From Octopus bimaculoides (Eukaryota), in contig NC_068982.1 of NCBI RefSeq assembly GCF_001194135.2, positions 167,208,428 to 167,272,427 on the forward strand: 64,000 bases of DNA. Reading direction: 5' to 3'. A model generated the notes under the pieces. That model ran no database searches, was not told the DNA's origin, and worked only from the letters and a program-made list of their open reading frames with translations. Below are positions 13,016 to 24,815 of this stretch, in pieces (position 1 is the first letter of the stretch; each line of letters starts with the position of its first letter). Both the position numbers and the translations under genes were made by a program.

Positions 13016-15384
13016 TATACATACATATTTAGTATACTCTTACTTTTGTTTTAAAAAAAGAAAAAACCTGCAGAATATAGAATTAGTTTTGCACAATGGC
13101 TTCTTAAAACTAATGAGAACATTGTTCACATATAAAAAGATCAATTAGAATAGTATGCAGTAGAGGCACCCATAGAATAGAGTCCAAGCACTATGCATAT
13201 GACTTTTTAGGTGCAAATTTCCTTTCTAATTATGTTGCTTGCGCAATCAATCAAGGTTGTGAAGCAGGTGCTATATCCAACCACTGATACACAAGTATAA
13301 TCAGTAATTGCTAAATGTGAAAAGGAAAAGCACAATTTTAATGTGTTTGTTAGCCTATTTTGTAAGTAACCATACATAGCCTGTCCTATATAAATGTTTT
13401 TAGTTATGATTCTGAATTTCATGCCACAATAATCTCTAAAGAAATTTGAAATTTAACATTAGATTTGAAGCAATGAATAAAAATTAGCAATGAATTTGAT
13501 AGCATGCATGAGTGAAAGAGAAAGCGAGGGGAAGGAGGGAATGTGGGGGGAGGAGGGGGAGGTTGTGTGTGCATGTGCGGTCAGGCATTATCTTTAGATT
13601 TCCATTTATAAGTAGCTGTGTCTACCACATCTGGCCTTATATACAAACGTTTGTAGATGACCACTTTTAAATGTTTTGGTACTAGTTAGTATATACTTTA
13701 TACAATTTTATACATACGGATTATATGAAAATAATTATTATTCATTTTGCTGTTTAAGTATTTGTTTATCAATAAATTATTATAACTGATCATTTCAGAA
13801 TATATACAAAATGTTAAGATGAGAGTTCATGAACAGATGTTTTCTTTCTTAATGCTATTTACTAGTATGATTATCAATAAATCAACAGCTCACCATATTT
13901 CATTTACGATGGCTAGATTTGATGGAGCTACTATATTATTAGTATTCCATTTGTGATTTATTTATGAATAACTAATCAATCAGATTACATGCAAAATAGT
14001 TAGAAGAGAGACCACAAGAGCTTTTAAGTGATATGAACAATTACCAGTTTCCATGTCAGAATATAGTCTCTTGATAATTCACCCAATGCTTCAGCAACAG
14101 TCTCATTTTAAGACTATCTCCTTAAGATCCTTTCTACCTACTTCATCTCTTTCTCCCTCTTTCAGTATAGATATATCCCTTTTTTTTCTCATAACACTCT
14201 CCTCATATGCTGCTCTCTCTCCCTGTCTCTCTCTCCAATGTCCCATTTTCCCACTTGCTGAGGTCTATTGGTGAGACAATATCTGATCACTGTAGCATCC
14301 TATTTGCCAAACATGCATAGTTAGCAGTATATCTCTATCACTATTTTACTCTTCCTATATCTCCCTGTCTCCTTCACTCCATATTTCTATCTCTATACCA
14401 GTTTCTACACTATTTGCAAGAACTGTGAACAACTTTGGCAGTATCTAACTCTGAATGAAAGTCTCCACAGATGAGTACCACACATCATCTAGAAGAGCAA
14501 TAGCTAAATGAAAATGGACAGAGAGTAGAGAGACACTTTAGTCCTGATAGACAACTTCTTTAGTGCTTGTAGCATAATAAAATGTCAAGTGATTGCTAAC
14601 AAGAAGAGCATTCAGCCAATAAAGCCACATCAAAATTATGACAGTCACAAATATAATGAAAAGCACTGATTGTGTATGTAGGACTAAGCTACCATGTCAG
14701 TGATGTGCATAGAAGAGAAGATGGAACCATTTAGACTTGTGCAAGAGCCCCACAACCATCAAACAATCACATGAACGCCTTCACTGATGCAGAAAACAGA
14801 CACTCAGCTACAACCCATGCTACCATGAGAAATTCTCCTTTTCCTGTCAGGTACAAAACATTAGGGCTGCCACCATTAACACTGGTGTAAAAATGTTGGA
14901 TCAAAGGAAAATTATATGCAATGATTAACTTTCACTTCAAAACACTCAAGAGCTAACTGTATTTCCATAATGCGGGTGGGTGGAATCATCAATCAGTGGC
15001 ATGATTGACATTCTAACTGTCCAAAGAAAATCTTTATTCAGCATGCACCAAAAAATTAACAACTGGTTCTTATTTTAGAAAAGGTGCTAACAACCAGCCC
15101 CTTATATAAAAAAAAACAATGGAAAAAGGTCCAGCTCACCAGTGTGTATACAAATACTCATGAACATAAATTTAATATTTAATTTCCAGGCTTGGGTCTG
15201 CAGTATAACCCAACAAACCCTACATCTTGATTCTACATCATCTCATCTGTGAGATCTAATGTGTGTATGCATTTTTTCAAGTGAGATGACAAAGGGCTGA
15301 AATACCTGGTGCCAGGCTGTACTCAAGAAGACCCGTACTCCACAGCAGAAGTGTTAAGACCGACCCTTCTGATAGTGTAAAGCA

Positions 15385-15898
15385 CTCATGACAGTGCCAC
15401 GTAAAAGCGCTTGTGTGGTGTCACATAAAAGTGCCTGTTTCTATTACTCCTTCCTTGCAGTGCCATGTAAAAGGGCTCACGCAGTGCCACGTAAAAGGGC
15501 TCATGCAGTACCACGTAAAAGGGCTCGTGCAGTGCAACATAAAAGTGCCTGTTATGTGGCATGTAAAAGCACCTGTGTAGAGTCATGTAAAAGTGCTTGT
15601 GCAGTGTCATGTAAAAGTGCTTGTGCAGTGCTACATAAAAGTGCCCATGTGGTGCCATGTAAAAGTGTGTGTGGAGTCGCAAAAAAAAGTGCCCGTGTGA
15701 TGCCACATAAAAGCGCCCATATGGAACTATGTAAAAGCACCTGTGCAGTGTCTTGCAAAAGTATCCAGCACACTCTGTAAAGTGGTTGGCATTAGGAAGA
15801 GTATCTAGTCATAGAAACCATACCAAATCAAACTGGAGTCTGGTGCAGCCCCCAGCTCGCCAGCATGGACAACAGACGTTCAATAATGATGATGATGA
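15385..15898 (+). repeat. RTE-tail copy with a 24-bp minisatellite (about 15 units)
   Basis: Unit approximately GCAGTGCCATGTAAAAGTGCYYGT with TAAAAG anchors every 24 nt, followed by the standard (GAT)n tail; explains the repetitive ORFs on both strands. Confidence 0.9.
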
Positions 15899-15999
15899 AT
15901 TGACATAATTATATACATATATATCCAAATTTGATAACATAATAAATAAATAAAAACAATGCATTCCAAGAACCAATAAACTGTTTTAGAGGAACATAC

Positions 16000-16172
16000 C
16001 GATTCTCCATGACCATGGCATCGATATCAAGAATTCTTCTCTCATCTCCTTTCAGTATATAGTTCAGCTCCTGGTTTAAGCGTTCATACTTCGTTTTGTA
16101 AGCATCTCTTTCAGTCTCTTGTTCTTCTTTCTCATCTAGTACATGTTGCAGGTCTCGCTCCAGCTGTAGATA
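16000..16172 (-). CDS. CCDC149: CCDC149 coding exon 6 ([58 protein letters not shown])
   Basis: TTTAATTAG acceptor, CG|GTATGT donor, 173 nt, phase 0-2; matches recalled [29 protein letters not shown]. Confidence 0.95.
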
Positions 16173-17567
16173 CTAATTAAACAATTTAGGAATTAAAGAA
16201 TCATATAAAGTAAAGTGATACAATAGAAAGAAAGAAATTGAAGATAAATCGACTATAACTGATTGATTCTTTCTGAATTACAGGAGTTATTTAAGCTGGT
16301 GCTGAATAACTGATTCTGTACCATTTAGTGGATATGAGAGAGAAAAACCTTCTTGGTAACAGAATGATGGTCTGTGATAGGTAGCTCTTCCTGTAAATTG
16401 AACTCAGCACTGCAAGCCAACAACACATTTATTAATCTCTCGGTGCTGTTACTACTTCCTTATGACTACTTAGATATTATTACTGATGACTGCTTGTAAC
16501 TCTGGACAGGAAACTTTATTCTGCGTGTCAAAGTTCACCTGATCAACCACACAAACATATACACAGTCATAGACAATTAGTTGTCACAAATAGATACATT
16601 TTCTAAATATATGGAGACTGAATTCATATCTTTTCTTTGACTATTTTAAAAACATTTTCCATATTAACGCAGCTGAGGGACAATTTAATAAATTTGAATC
16701 ACTTTGTTTTGTTCAAAGAATACAATACAACAACTGGTAATAATGTTTAGACTCATGACAATTAGAGCAAGTGTTCAGGACTATAACCTCATTAACCATT
16801 GTGCTTCAGTCACTCTTTATTTTCAACTGATTCAATGTAAACAGCTAGTCTTTACACAATGTTTATGTGAAAGTCATTTCTGTCAAGGTTGTTTCTTCAG
16901 TTAGATGCAGCTCTTAATTGATTTTAGAAATGAACTGCTGAATTTTTAATGTAATCTACAAGAGCCATAATGGTTGTAAGCTTGAAGTGATCAGAGTAAA
17001 AGGACAGATCTAAATACTGATGAAATATTTAATCTGGTGCTTTACCAGTTCTGCTTATCTCATGCTCCTAAAAATCAATATTTTTACCATAACTACTTAC
17101 AATTTGTTATATGGACTGTTAGATTTGTTTGTGGTTCGTCTGAAGTCCCATATTTCAATATAGTTCATCTGAGGTCCCTGTTTTGCTGTTGTTTTGAGTG
17201 ACTGTCGAGGTTGAATGTTATTGGGATATATATGGCGAGGAAGACATTCTTGTTTCTTGATAACTAACATTCGGTGAGTGAATTCTTTGTTTATAGTTAA
17301 TAAATAAATGTGATAACTAAATAGTACAACTCGTTGTGTTTTCTCTGCGAGTCCCCCGAGAGGAATACAACACAATTCCTGGCAGAGATCGAACCTGTGT
17401 AGTTTTTATGCTGTTTCTCATGTTTGTTATACACAAACAACCATTAACATCAAATGTTATTACCATCATTTTCATTCTCATTGGTTTGATGTCTATTTTT
17501 TGTAATGCTGGCATAGAACAAGACATGATATGAAAGAAACACTCAGAAACGTTTCTACAAAAGATTA

Positions 17568-17699
<132 letters not shown>

Positions 17700-17869
17700 C
17701 TATTTGAAGACAAATATCAGGTAACAATATTACTAATGGCAATTTTTTGTCACAATAAGTAATCAGTCAGGAAAAAAAGTTAGACATTGCTGTTTTCAAT
17801 TCTTAGAGAAGTTACAAACTGTTTAAAGCATGTATGACAGAGTGTAAATGTCTTAAGAGAAAAGTTGGG

Positions 17870-18870
17870 CATAAAAGGCATTAGATGTGGTGTGTAAGAG
17901 AAATAACTGCATTGGTATGGTCATGTGATGCATATGGATGTGGACAGCTGTGTGAAGAAGTGCCAATCTCTACCAGTGGAAGGAAGTTGTGGAAGAGGAA
18001 GATCCAGGAAGACATGGGACAAGGTGGTGAAGTATGATCTTCAAACACTGCCTCATGGAGGCAATGACTAGTGACCAAGACCTTTAGCAATATGCCATGC
18101 TTGAGAAGACCTGTGAAGCCAAGTGAAATCATAATTGTGGCCGTTGTCTGTGTCATGTAACTGGCACCCATGCCGGTGGCACATGAAAAGCACCTTTCGA
18201 GCATTGGGCCTCACGGAGCCAATGTGGCCAATGCCGGTGTCATGTAACTAAATTTTGTGCCAGTGGCACATAAAACACACCTTCTGAGGTGCTGGGCCTC
18301 ATGGAGGCAATGACAAATAACTGAGACCTTTGGCAATATGCTATGCTTGAGAAGGTAGACCTATTAAGTCAAGTGAAATCATAGTTGTGGCAGATATTGG
18401 TGTCAAGCCAGTGGCACATAAAAGCACCCATTAATATCTCAGAATGGTAGGTGTTAGGAAGGGTATAGATGCCATGTCAAATCAGACTGGAGTCTGGTGC
18501 AGCCCCCTCAACTTACCAGTTCCAGTCAAACTGTCTAATCCATGCCAGCATGGACAATGGATGCTAAATGATGATGATGATATATATATATCAAGAAAAC
18601 CCATCCTGTACGCAAGAAGACCACAGTTGAAATGTTAAGGTCACTCCTCCTGGTGAAGAGGATTTGCCTGTAAGAGTCATGTGCTGGTGTCACATTAAAA
18701 GCAGCCGACACACACTGTAATGTAGTTGGTGTTAGGAAGGGCATCCAGCCATAGAAACCAAGCTAAATCAGATTAAAACTAGGTGCAGCTCTCCAGCTTG
18801 ACAGCTCTGACCAAACCGTCCAACCCATGCCAGCATGGAAAACAGACATTAAAGGATGATGATGATGTAT
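17870..18870 (+). mobile_element. RTE LINE 3' end with duplicated 3'UTR and two (GAT)n tails
   Basis: LHWYGHVMHMDVDSCVKKCQSLPVEGSCGRGRSRKTWD; tail motif TTAGGAAGGGCATCC...CCATGCCAGCATGGA...GATGATG occurs twice. Confidence 0.88.
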
Positions 18871-19096
18871 ATGTATGTATGTATATGTCAGATAACTGAG
18901 ATAATTGTGTCAGATAATGCATAATACATTTAAGAAAGTTTCTCTCATAACTTGAGATTCATACCAAGGCAAACCCAACATCAATTATTTTTATGACCAA
19001 TAAATTTTTAAACTTTGTCTACACTGAGATAGTGTCCCAATAATTTCCCAGAGAGTGAAAAAAAAAAATGAATAAAAAAAAAAGCTGAAAAAATAC

Positions 19097-19201
19097 CTTG
19101 ATATCTCCCTGAGCATCAGAAAGTTTCTGTTTCATATCATCCACTTCAAACTGTAATGATTTGCTATGATCACGAGAATCAGAGAGCAGCTTGTGAATAT
19201 T
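19097..19201 (-). CDS. CCDC149: CCDC149 coding exon 4 (NIHKLLSDSRDHSKSLQFEVDDMKQKLSDAQGDIK)
   Basis: CTTCTAG acceptor, AAG|GTATTT donor, 105 nt, phase 0-0; matches recalled NLAQLLRDSQDRNKHL...QRLGEVQGDNK. Confidence 0.92.
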
Positions 19202-21133
19202 CTAGAAGTAGAAAAAAAAGGGCTAAATTAAAATATCAAGAGAGTCATAAAGACACCTGGAAGCATTCACAACTGATGTTCATCAACAGTATACTATCCC
19301 TTTTCCCAAACATTATTTATTCATTTATTTATCTGAAATTTTAGCAGTACTCATAAAATGTAGATGTAAGCAAAAAGGTCACAATATATAAGAATAACAG
19401 TTTATATTAAAATATGTTTATAATGCCTTAGTTTCTCAAAATAAGATCCATTTAGGTACCAAATTAGATTTGACATCATTTAAATTTGATGACTAGACAA
19501 GAACTAGTGGGTTTTTTTGCAACATTAACTGGCTGAATTTTTTTTATCTCTCCAGGGAAGCATATTCTCAAGAGGAAGTACATACAGCAATAATGAATAT
19601 TCAAATCAAAGGAAATATGGAATTTAATAATGGCCATTTTAAATTCATTTCTTCCTTGATAGTATGGTTGAGAGAATAGTGGTTGGCACAACTTATTTTA
19701 CAGCTGGATGCCATTGCAACTGTTGTTAACCATTTAGTTACGGTGTAGATAAAATAAATATAGTAAAGACTTCAGTCATTTGAGTGTTTAAAAGGTTATC
19801 TTCTTTTAAGTATTTAAGAATTAAATATAAGTTGAATAAGTACACAAATACACACTCACATTGTCAGAGCAGTCATTGCCAGTGAAACCTTGAAGCCACA
19901 GTCACATTGTATTCCTATATAATACATACATGAGTAAGTGTGTGTGCATGTGTGTTTTGTAGACATCCTTTCTTGGCAAGTTACCTCGTCTGAAGTATGG
20001 TGTTAAAATTCTAAAACAATTTCATCAGGGCAGCATCACGAGAGTCATTTAAAATGCATAGAAACATTCACACACACATATATGTACAGGGGTTGGACAA
20101 AATAATGGAAACACCTAGCATCATAGCACCTTTTATCTTCCATTTGTTTCAGTCATTAGACTATGGCCATGCTGGGGCACCACCTTGAAGAATTTTTCAT
20201 TGAATGAATCAACCCCCGTATTTACTTTTTCTTTTAAGTCTGATATTTATTTTATCGTTCTCTTTTGCCAAACCACTAAGTTACAGGGATGTAAACAGAC
20301 CAACACCAGCTGTCAAGCAGTGGTGAGGAACAAACACAGACTTCTTTCAGTTTCTATCTACCAAATCCACTCACAAGGTTTTGGTCAGCCTGAGGCTTTA
20401 GTACAAGACACTTGCCCAAGATGCCACACAGTGGGACTGAACTTTGAGACATGTAGTTGGGAAGTAAGCTTCTTAGCACACAGTCACACCTGTGCCTATC
20501 CATATACAGTTAAATTACTTTTATTTTATTTCTTGATAGTGTAATATACTTCTTAGCATTTCATAATATACAATACTATCAAGAAATAAAACAGAATTAA
20601 TTGTAAAAGTATATATATTTTTTAAATAGCTATCATGACTCTTTCACATAGTAACTCTGTATGTGTGTATATGTTTAATATATTTGTATACATGCATACA
20701 ATAAAGCGTTTACCTAGAAAAACTGCTGGTTGCACTCCTGCATGTTGCAATCAAATTTCCAATTCTTATCAACCATACCATTTCTCTCCTTAAAACACTA
20801 ATTATGCCACAAGTTACACATAGCACTTCATTATGGGGAGCCCTACTCCATTTGTATAATGCTAATCTCTTTCACAAAACTATTTCATCTTTCTGAACAT
20901 GACATATCCCATCACGGCAGTCTATAGGCTAAGATAAAAACAGCAAAAAGATAAAAAACAAATAATAATCTTGCAAATCGCAGATCTGCAATCTATCGAC
21001 CATTATAAAGCATTAGGAGTATTATTCAGAAGGTAAAAATGAAACCAGTAACTTAATTATGTTCACTTTGGTATGCCACCTGTACTGTAACTCAACATTT
21101 AGCATAAATAAGTATAGATTCTAATTTACCAAC

Positions 21134-21193
21134 CTGTCCTTCTGCTCTACAGTCAATCCTGTCTCCACTGTAGAAAGAGGTGCCACCAAAACC
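21134..21193 (-). CDS. CCDC149: CCDC149 coding exon 3 (GFGGTSFYSGDRIDCRAEGQ)
   Basis: TTGTTTCAG acceptor, CAG|GTTGGT donor, 60 nt, phase 0-0; occupies the position of the short linker exon, but sequence similarity itself is weak. Confidence 0.7.
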
Positions 21194-23029
21194 CTGAAAC
21201 AATAGATATATGCTCATAATATTTCTCACACAGCAACCATGAATAACATTGTATATGTGCCTGTCTAATTGATTGAGGTCAATCATATTTGTGCATATAT
21301 ATATATATGTATAGTGAAAATTTACAAAAAGACAAAAGACAAAGATGGGTGTGTAAACAACAAACAGATGTATTAATTTAATGCTCGGGCTCGGGAAGTG
21401 AGAAAGTCTTTTACGTTTTGAGCCTGCGCTCTTCAACAGAAAGGAACACAGAAATAAACAGGGAGAGAAAATAAAAAAAGGTTTAGTGGCTAGCGATCTA
21501 TATATATATAGGCATTTATGTGCGCAGCAAAGGTACTCATGAATAGGTGTGGATGAATGCAAAGGAATGTAGAATGATGTGTTGGCATATGTGCAGTACT
21601 GCTAGGTTAGAAAAAAAAAAATAGAAACCAAGATTTTTATACTGATTAGAACATTCTTTGATAAACGTGATATGTAAACCTCTTGATCAAACTCCTTTTT
21701 CATAGGTTATACTCAGAACTAGTCACCAGTATTCAAAACTACATCAATAGCTGAACAATATTTCGTTATATCAGTGGTACTCACTCAATCTTCTGCCCCA
21801 TAAATATTTGTATCTCCAGGATTGAACATGAACTTTTTATCTATGACCTTAAAATCTTTTATGTCATGTTTACTGGTATTAGCAGCAGCTTTATCTAAAC
21901 ATCTACTTCTTCTACCAAAGATCCTTGAACAGGAATCCAGGAATCAGGTTATATTGATGTTAAAATTCAAACATCAATTATTTTTAGGCAGATAAATCGT
22001 ATAACATGCTCATTTCTTATGAAAAACTCTCAGAGAAATCCCTATATATTCAACATGTTAAAACTTCCTCAAAAAGAGATTTAGTTTTCTCATTAATGCA
22101 AAAAATATTTCAACACAGCAAATACATAACTGTCTACAAGGTATAGATACAGTTAGTTAATCCTTTCACAAACCTCCAGAGCTCACTGAACAATTGCTTA
22201 ACCTGCACTCACCCCACTATTATTTAGATGAGAGACATATCTCTGCCTGGATAGAATGACTGTCTATTGCAGGTATCTTTTCCCAAAGTTCTTGTATTTA
22301 TTCTTGATAGTAAGGTAAACTGAAGTATATGAAATTAAAGCACCCTTACTCAAAGACCCAGCATTTATGGTGAATCTGAACTCACGAACCATGGTAGATG
22401 GTAGTCCAGTATCATATCCATTTGGCCATCTATATAGAATATTTTCCTCATTTTTAGAATGGCTCAAAACTTTAAATTAGTGGCATCCTAAATCACATTA
22501 AAAGGAAAAAAAATCAAGAGTCACTCTTACTGAAACAATCTTCAATCTCTGACTCTTTGTTATGTATTCTCTCACTGCTTCTTTTGCTGTTGTTGCTTAT
22601 CAGAACATACCTGTTTCAACCTACTTCTTGATGTGAGCTCTTGATACAATCTCTCTACCTACCGAACCCTTCTCTTGTGTCTTTTGTTTTTTTCAAGAAT
22701 CACAGCAAATGTTACATCATGTCAATCCTTCATTTTGAGTACTACTGTTCCTTGGAACTCACATTCCTCCAATGCATGTCTCCCACATTATATATCGATC
22801 TAACTTTTCAATTCCATACCAATAATACTCATCTTGTTCACTCCTGTCTGATCTGAGAATGTCCTACTCTAAAAGTGCTATGGGTGTATGAATAAATGAA
22901 TGAGTGCGTGTTTGCATCTTTGATTATTTGTAAATGAGTAAACTGGGGTTTGTATGAAAAGGAAGGAAAGATTATTTTTCTATCAATGCAAACTTGACTA
23001 TAGTGGTGAAACAGAGAACTAGAACTTAC

Positions 23030-23188
23030 CTTGCCAGCTAGCTGCCGTTTCAGAGTCTGGTAGCGTTCCTGCAACTGCTCAGCCATTAGCTTGAACTGAT
23101 CTCGCTCACTGCGACACTGATCCATCTCCCGACTTAAAATCAACAATGCCTCACATTTACTGTCAAGTTTTCTCCGACATGCTTGATG
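23030..23188 (-). CDS. CCDC149: CCDC149 coding exon 2 (HQACRRKLDSKCEALLILSREMDQCRSERDQFKLMAEQLQERYQTLKRQLAGK)
   Basis: TTTAG acceptor, AAG|GTAAGT donor, 159 nt, phase 0-0; close match to recalled CCDC149 KEALLILSKELDTCQQERDQYKLMANQLRER. Confidence 0.95.
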
Positions 23189-24617
23189 CTAAAGTAATAA
23201 AAGATGGAAAATAAAGTAGACAATATAGTTAGTTTGACTTAGCAATGAATGAAGCAGGTTGACCGAAACCACTCAGTACCATCTCAGATGGGTAAATTAA
23301 ATTGATATCACAACTGGATTTGAATTCAGATACATTAAACCCTGAACTTGAAGCATCTGATCTAGTTTAACTCCCTTTTCTCTGTACCAACTTCACTACC
23401 TTCAGACAATTATGTAAATAATTTCTTCTTTAGGTACAAGGTCCAAATTTTGAAGGGAGAAATGTAAATGATGAAATCAATCTCAATATTTTTTATCAAT
23501 TCCAGAAAGATGAAATGGAAATTGACTTTGGCAGAAAGTGAATGCAGAATGTCAAGAGATATAATTAAATACAAAGCCATTTAATTCTGCCATTCAAATA
23601 ATAATAATGATTTCTATTATTGATAAAAGGTGTAGTGGATCTTGCAGGCATGAAGTAGATTCGATCCTAGATAGCCAAATTTAAATTAACACTTCAACAG
23701 CACATTTCACAGTAAAACAATAATTTTTCTGTGACAGCAGTTTACATTTGCCAGATGCCTTTGTTAAGCAAAATAATGTCTTCACCACTTGACCCTTCTG
23801 ACCTCTTCTAGGCCAACAAAAGCTAGTACCACCAACGAAATCTATTGTTCTCAACGATATGTCTATCCTCCTGGATAGTTATAAAAACAAGAACCCCCAA
23901 GCAAAAGTCAGTTAGTCAGTTAGTGACAACTCCAGTTAGTGAGTTAGTGAGAACCCAAGTTAGAGAAAGCAACCCTCAATTAGTGAACGGACCACTAAAA
24001 TCATGGCCACAAGCAGGCAGCCACTAAAGACAAACAGCCAGAGGGAAGAAGAAAGTTACAACTAGCAACTATATGAGATAACTTTCCTCGACTCTCTCAC
24101 TATCACTAGCTGTTATTATGTCCTTTTCTTTTGGAACTGTATATTCTTCTGACCATGTGCCTTCCCTTCAAAAAATTCCTGAGACTGCACCTGAGGAAGC
24201 TGTAATCCTTAGTGACTGGTGTAGCAGCATTATAATTAGTTGCTACAAAGGTAAAGGATATTCATTAGAAATAATTATAGAGGCATCAAATTATTGGACC
24301 AGGCGATGAAAATTATGGAGAGAGTTATAACCTAATTAATTAGGAACAGAAGTAGGCTAGATGAAATGCAGTTTGGCTTTGCCCTGGGGAGAAGCACTAC
24401 TGCTATTTTTATAGTCAGACAACTACAAGAGAAGTATTTAGCTAAGAACAAACTGTTACACTTGGCATTTGTTGATCCAGAGAAAGCCTTTGATAGAGTA
24501 CCCCACTGCGTGATATGGTGGCTCTGAGGAGGCTAGGGGTAGATGAGTGGCTTGTGAAAGATGTACAGGCCATGTACAGAGATGCTGTTAGTAAGGTGAG
24601 ATATAACTACAAGTACA

Positions 24618-24815
24618 TTATTTATATTTGACGGATATTTATCCACATCTTGTTTGTTGTTGACACAACGTTTCAAAATTTCCCCAAAACACCTGATGAA
24701 GGCTGGAGGGCATATCAGCCGAAACATTGTGTTAATAACAAACAAGATGAGGACAAATATCCATCAAATGTAAATAATATACATAATTCCTCATCTCTTA
24801 AATATAGAACTGTAT
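24618..24815 (+). mobile_element. Penelope-type terminal fragment inserted into an RTE LINE fossil
   Basis: Perfect 14-bp TSD TAACTACAAGTACA (24604-24617, 24816-24829); inverted arms 24618-24674 / 24721-24778; CTGATGAAGGC...GCCGAAAC motif typical of PLE termini. Confidence 0.75.
24688..24733 (+). ncRNA. Minimal type I hammerhead-ribozyme-like motif (degenerate)
   Basis: AACAC-CTGATGA-A-GGCTG(loop)CAGCC-GAAA-CA-TT-GTGTT: stem I and II pair; stem III has CG changed to CA in this copy. Confidence 0.5.

Noticed and set aside
15388-15770. CRISPR-like appearance of regularly spaced repeats (also 10110-10360, 55778-56030)
   Set aside because: Units are contiguous and degenerate with no unique spacers, no cas genes, and a eukaryotic intronic context.
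15386-15780. Overlapping 70-130 aa ORFs with periodic Cys/His/Lys (metallothionein- or zinc-finger-like look)
   Set aside because: Produced by a 24-bp tandem repeat inside a retroelement tail; no splice or start context.
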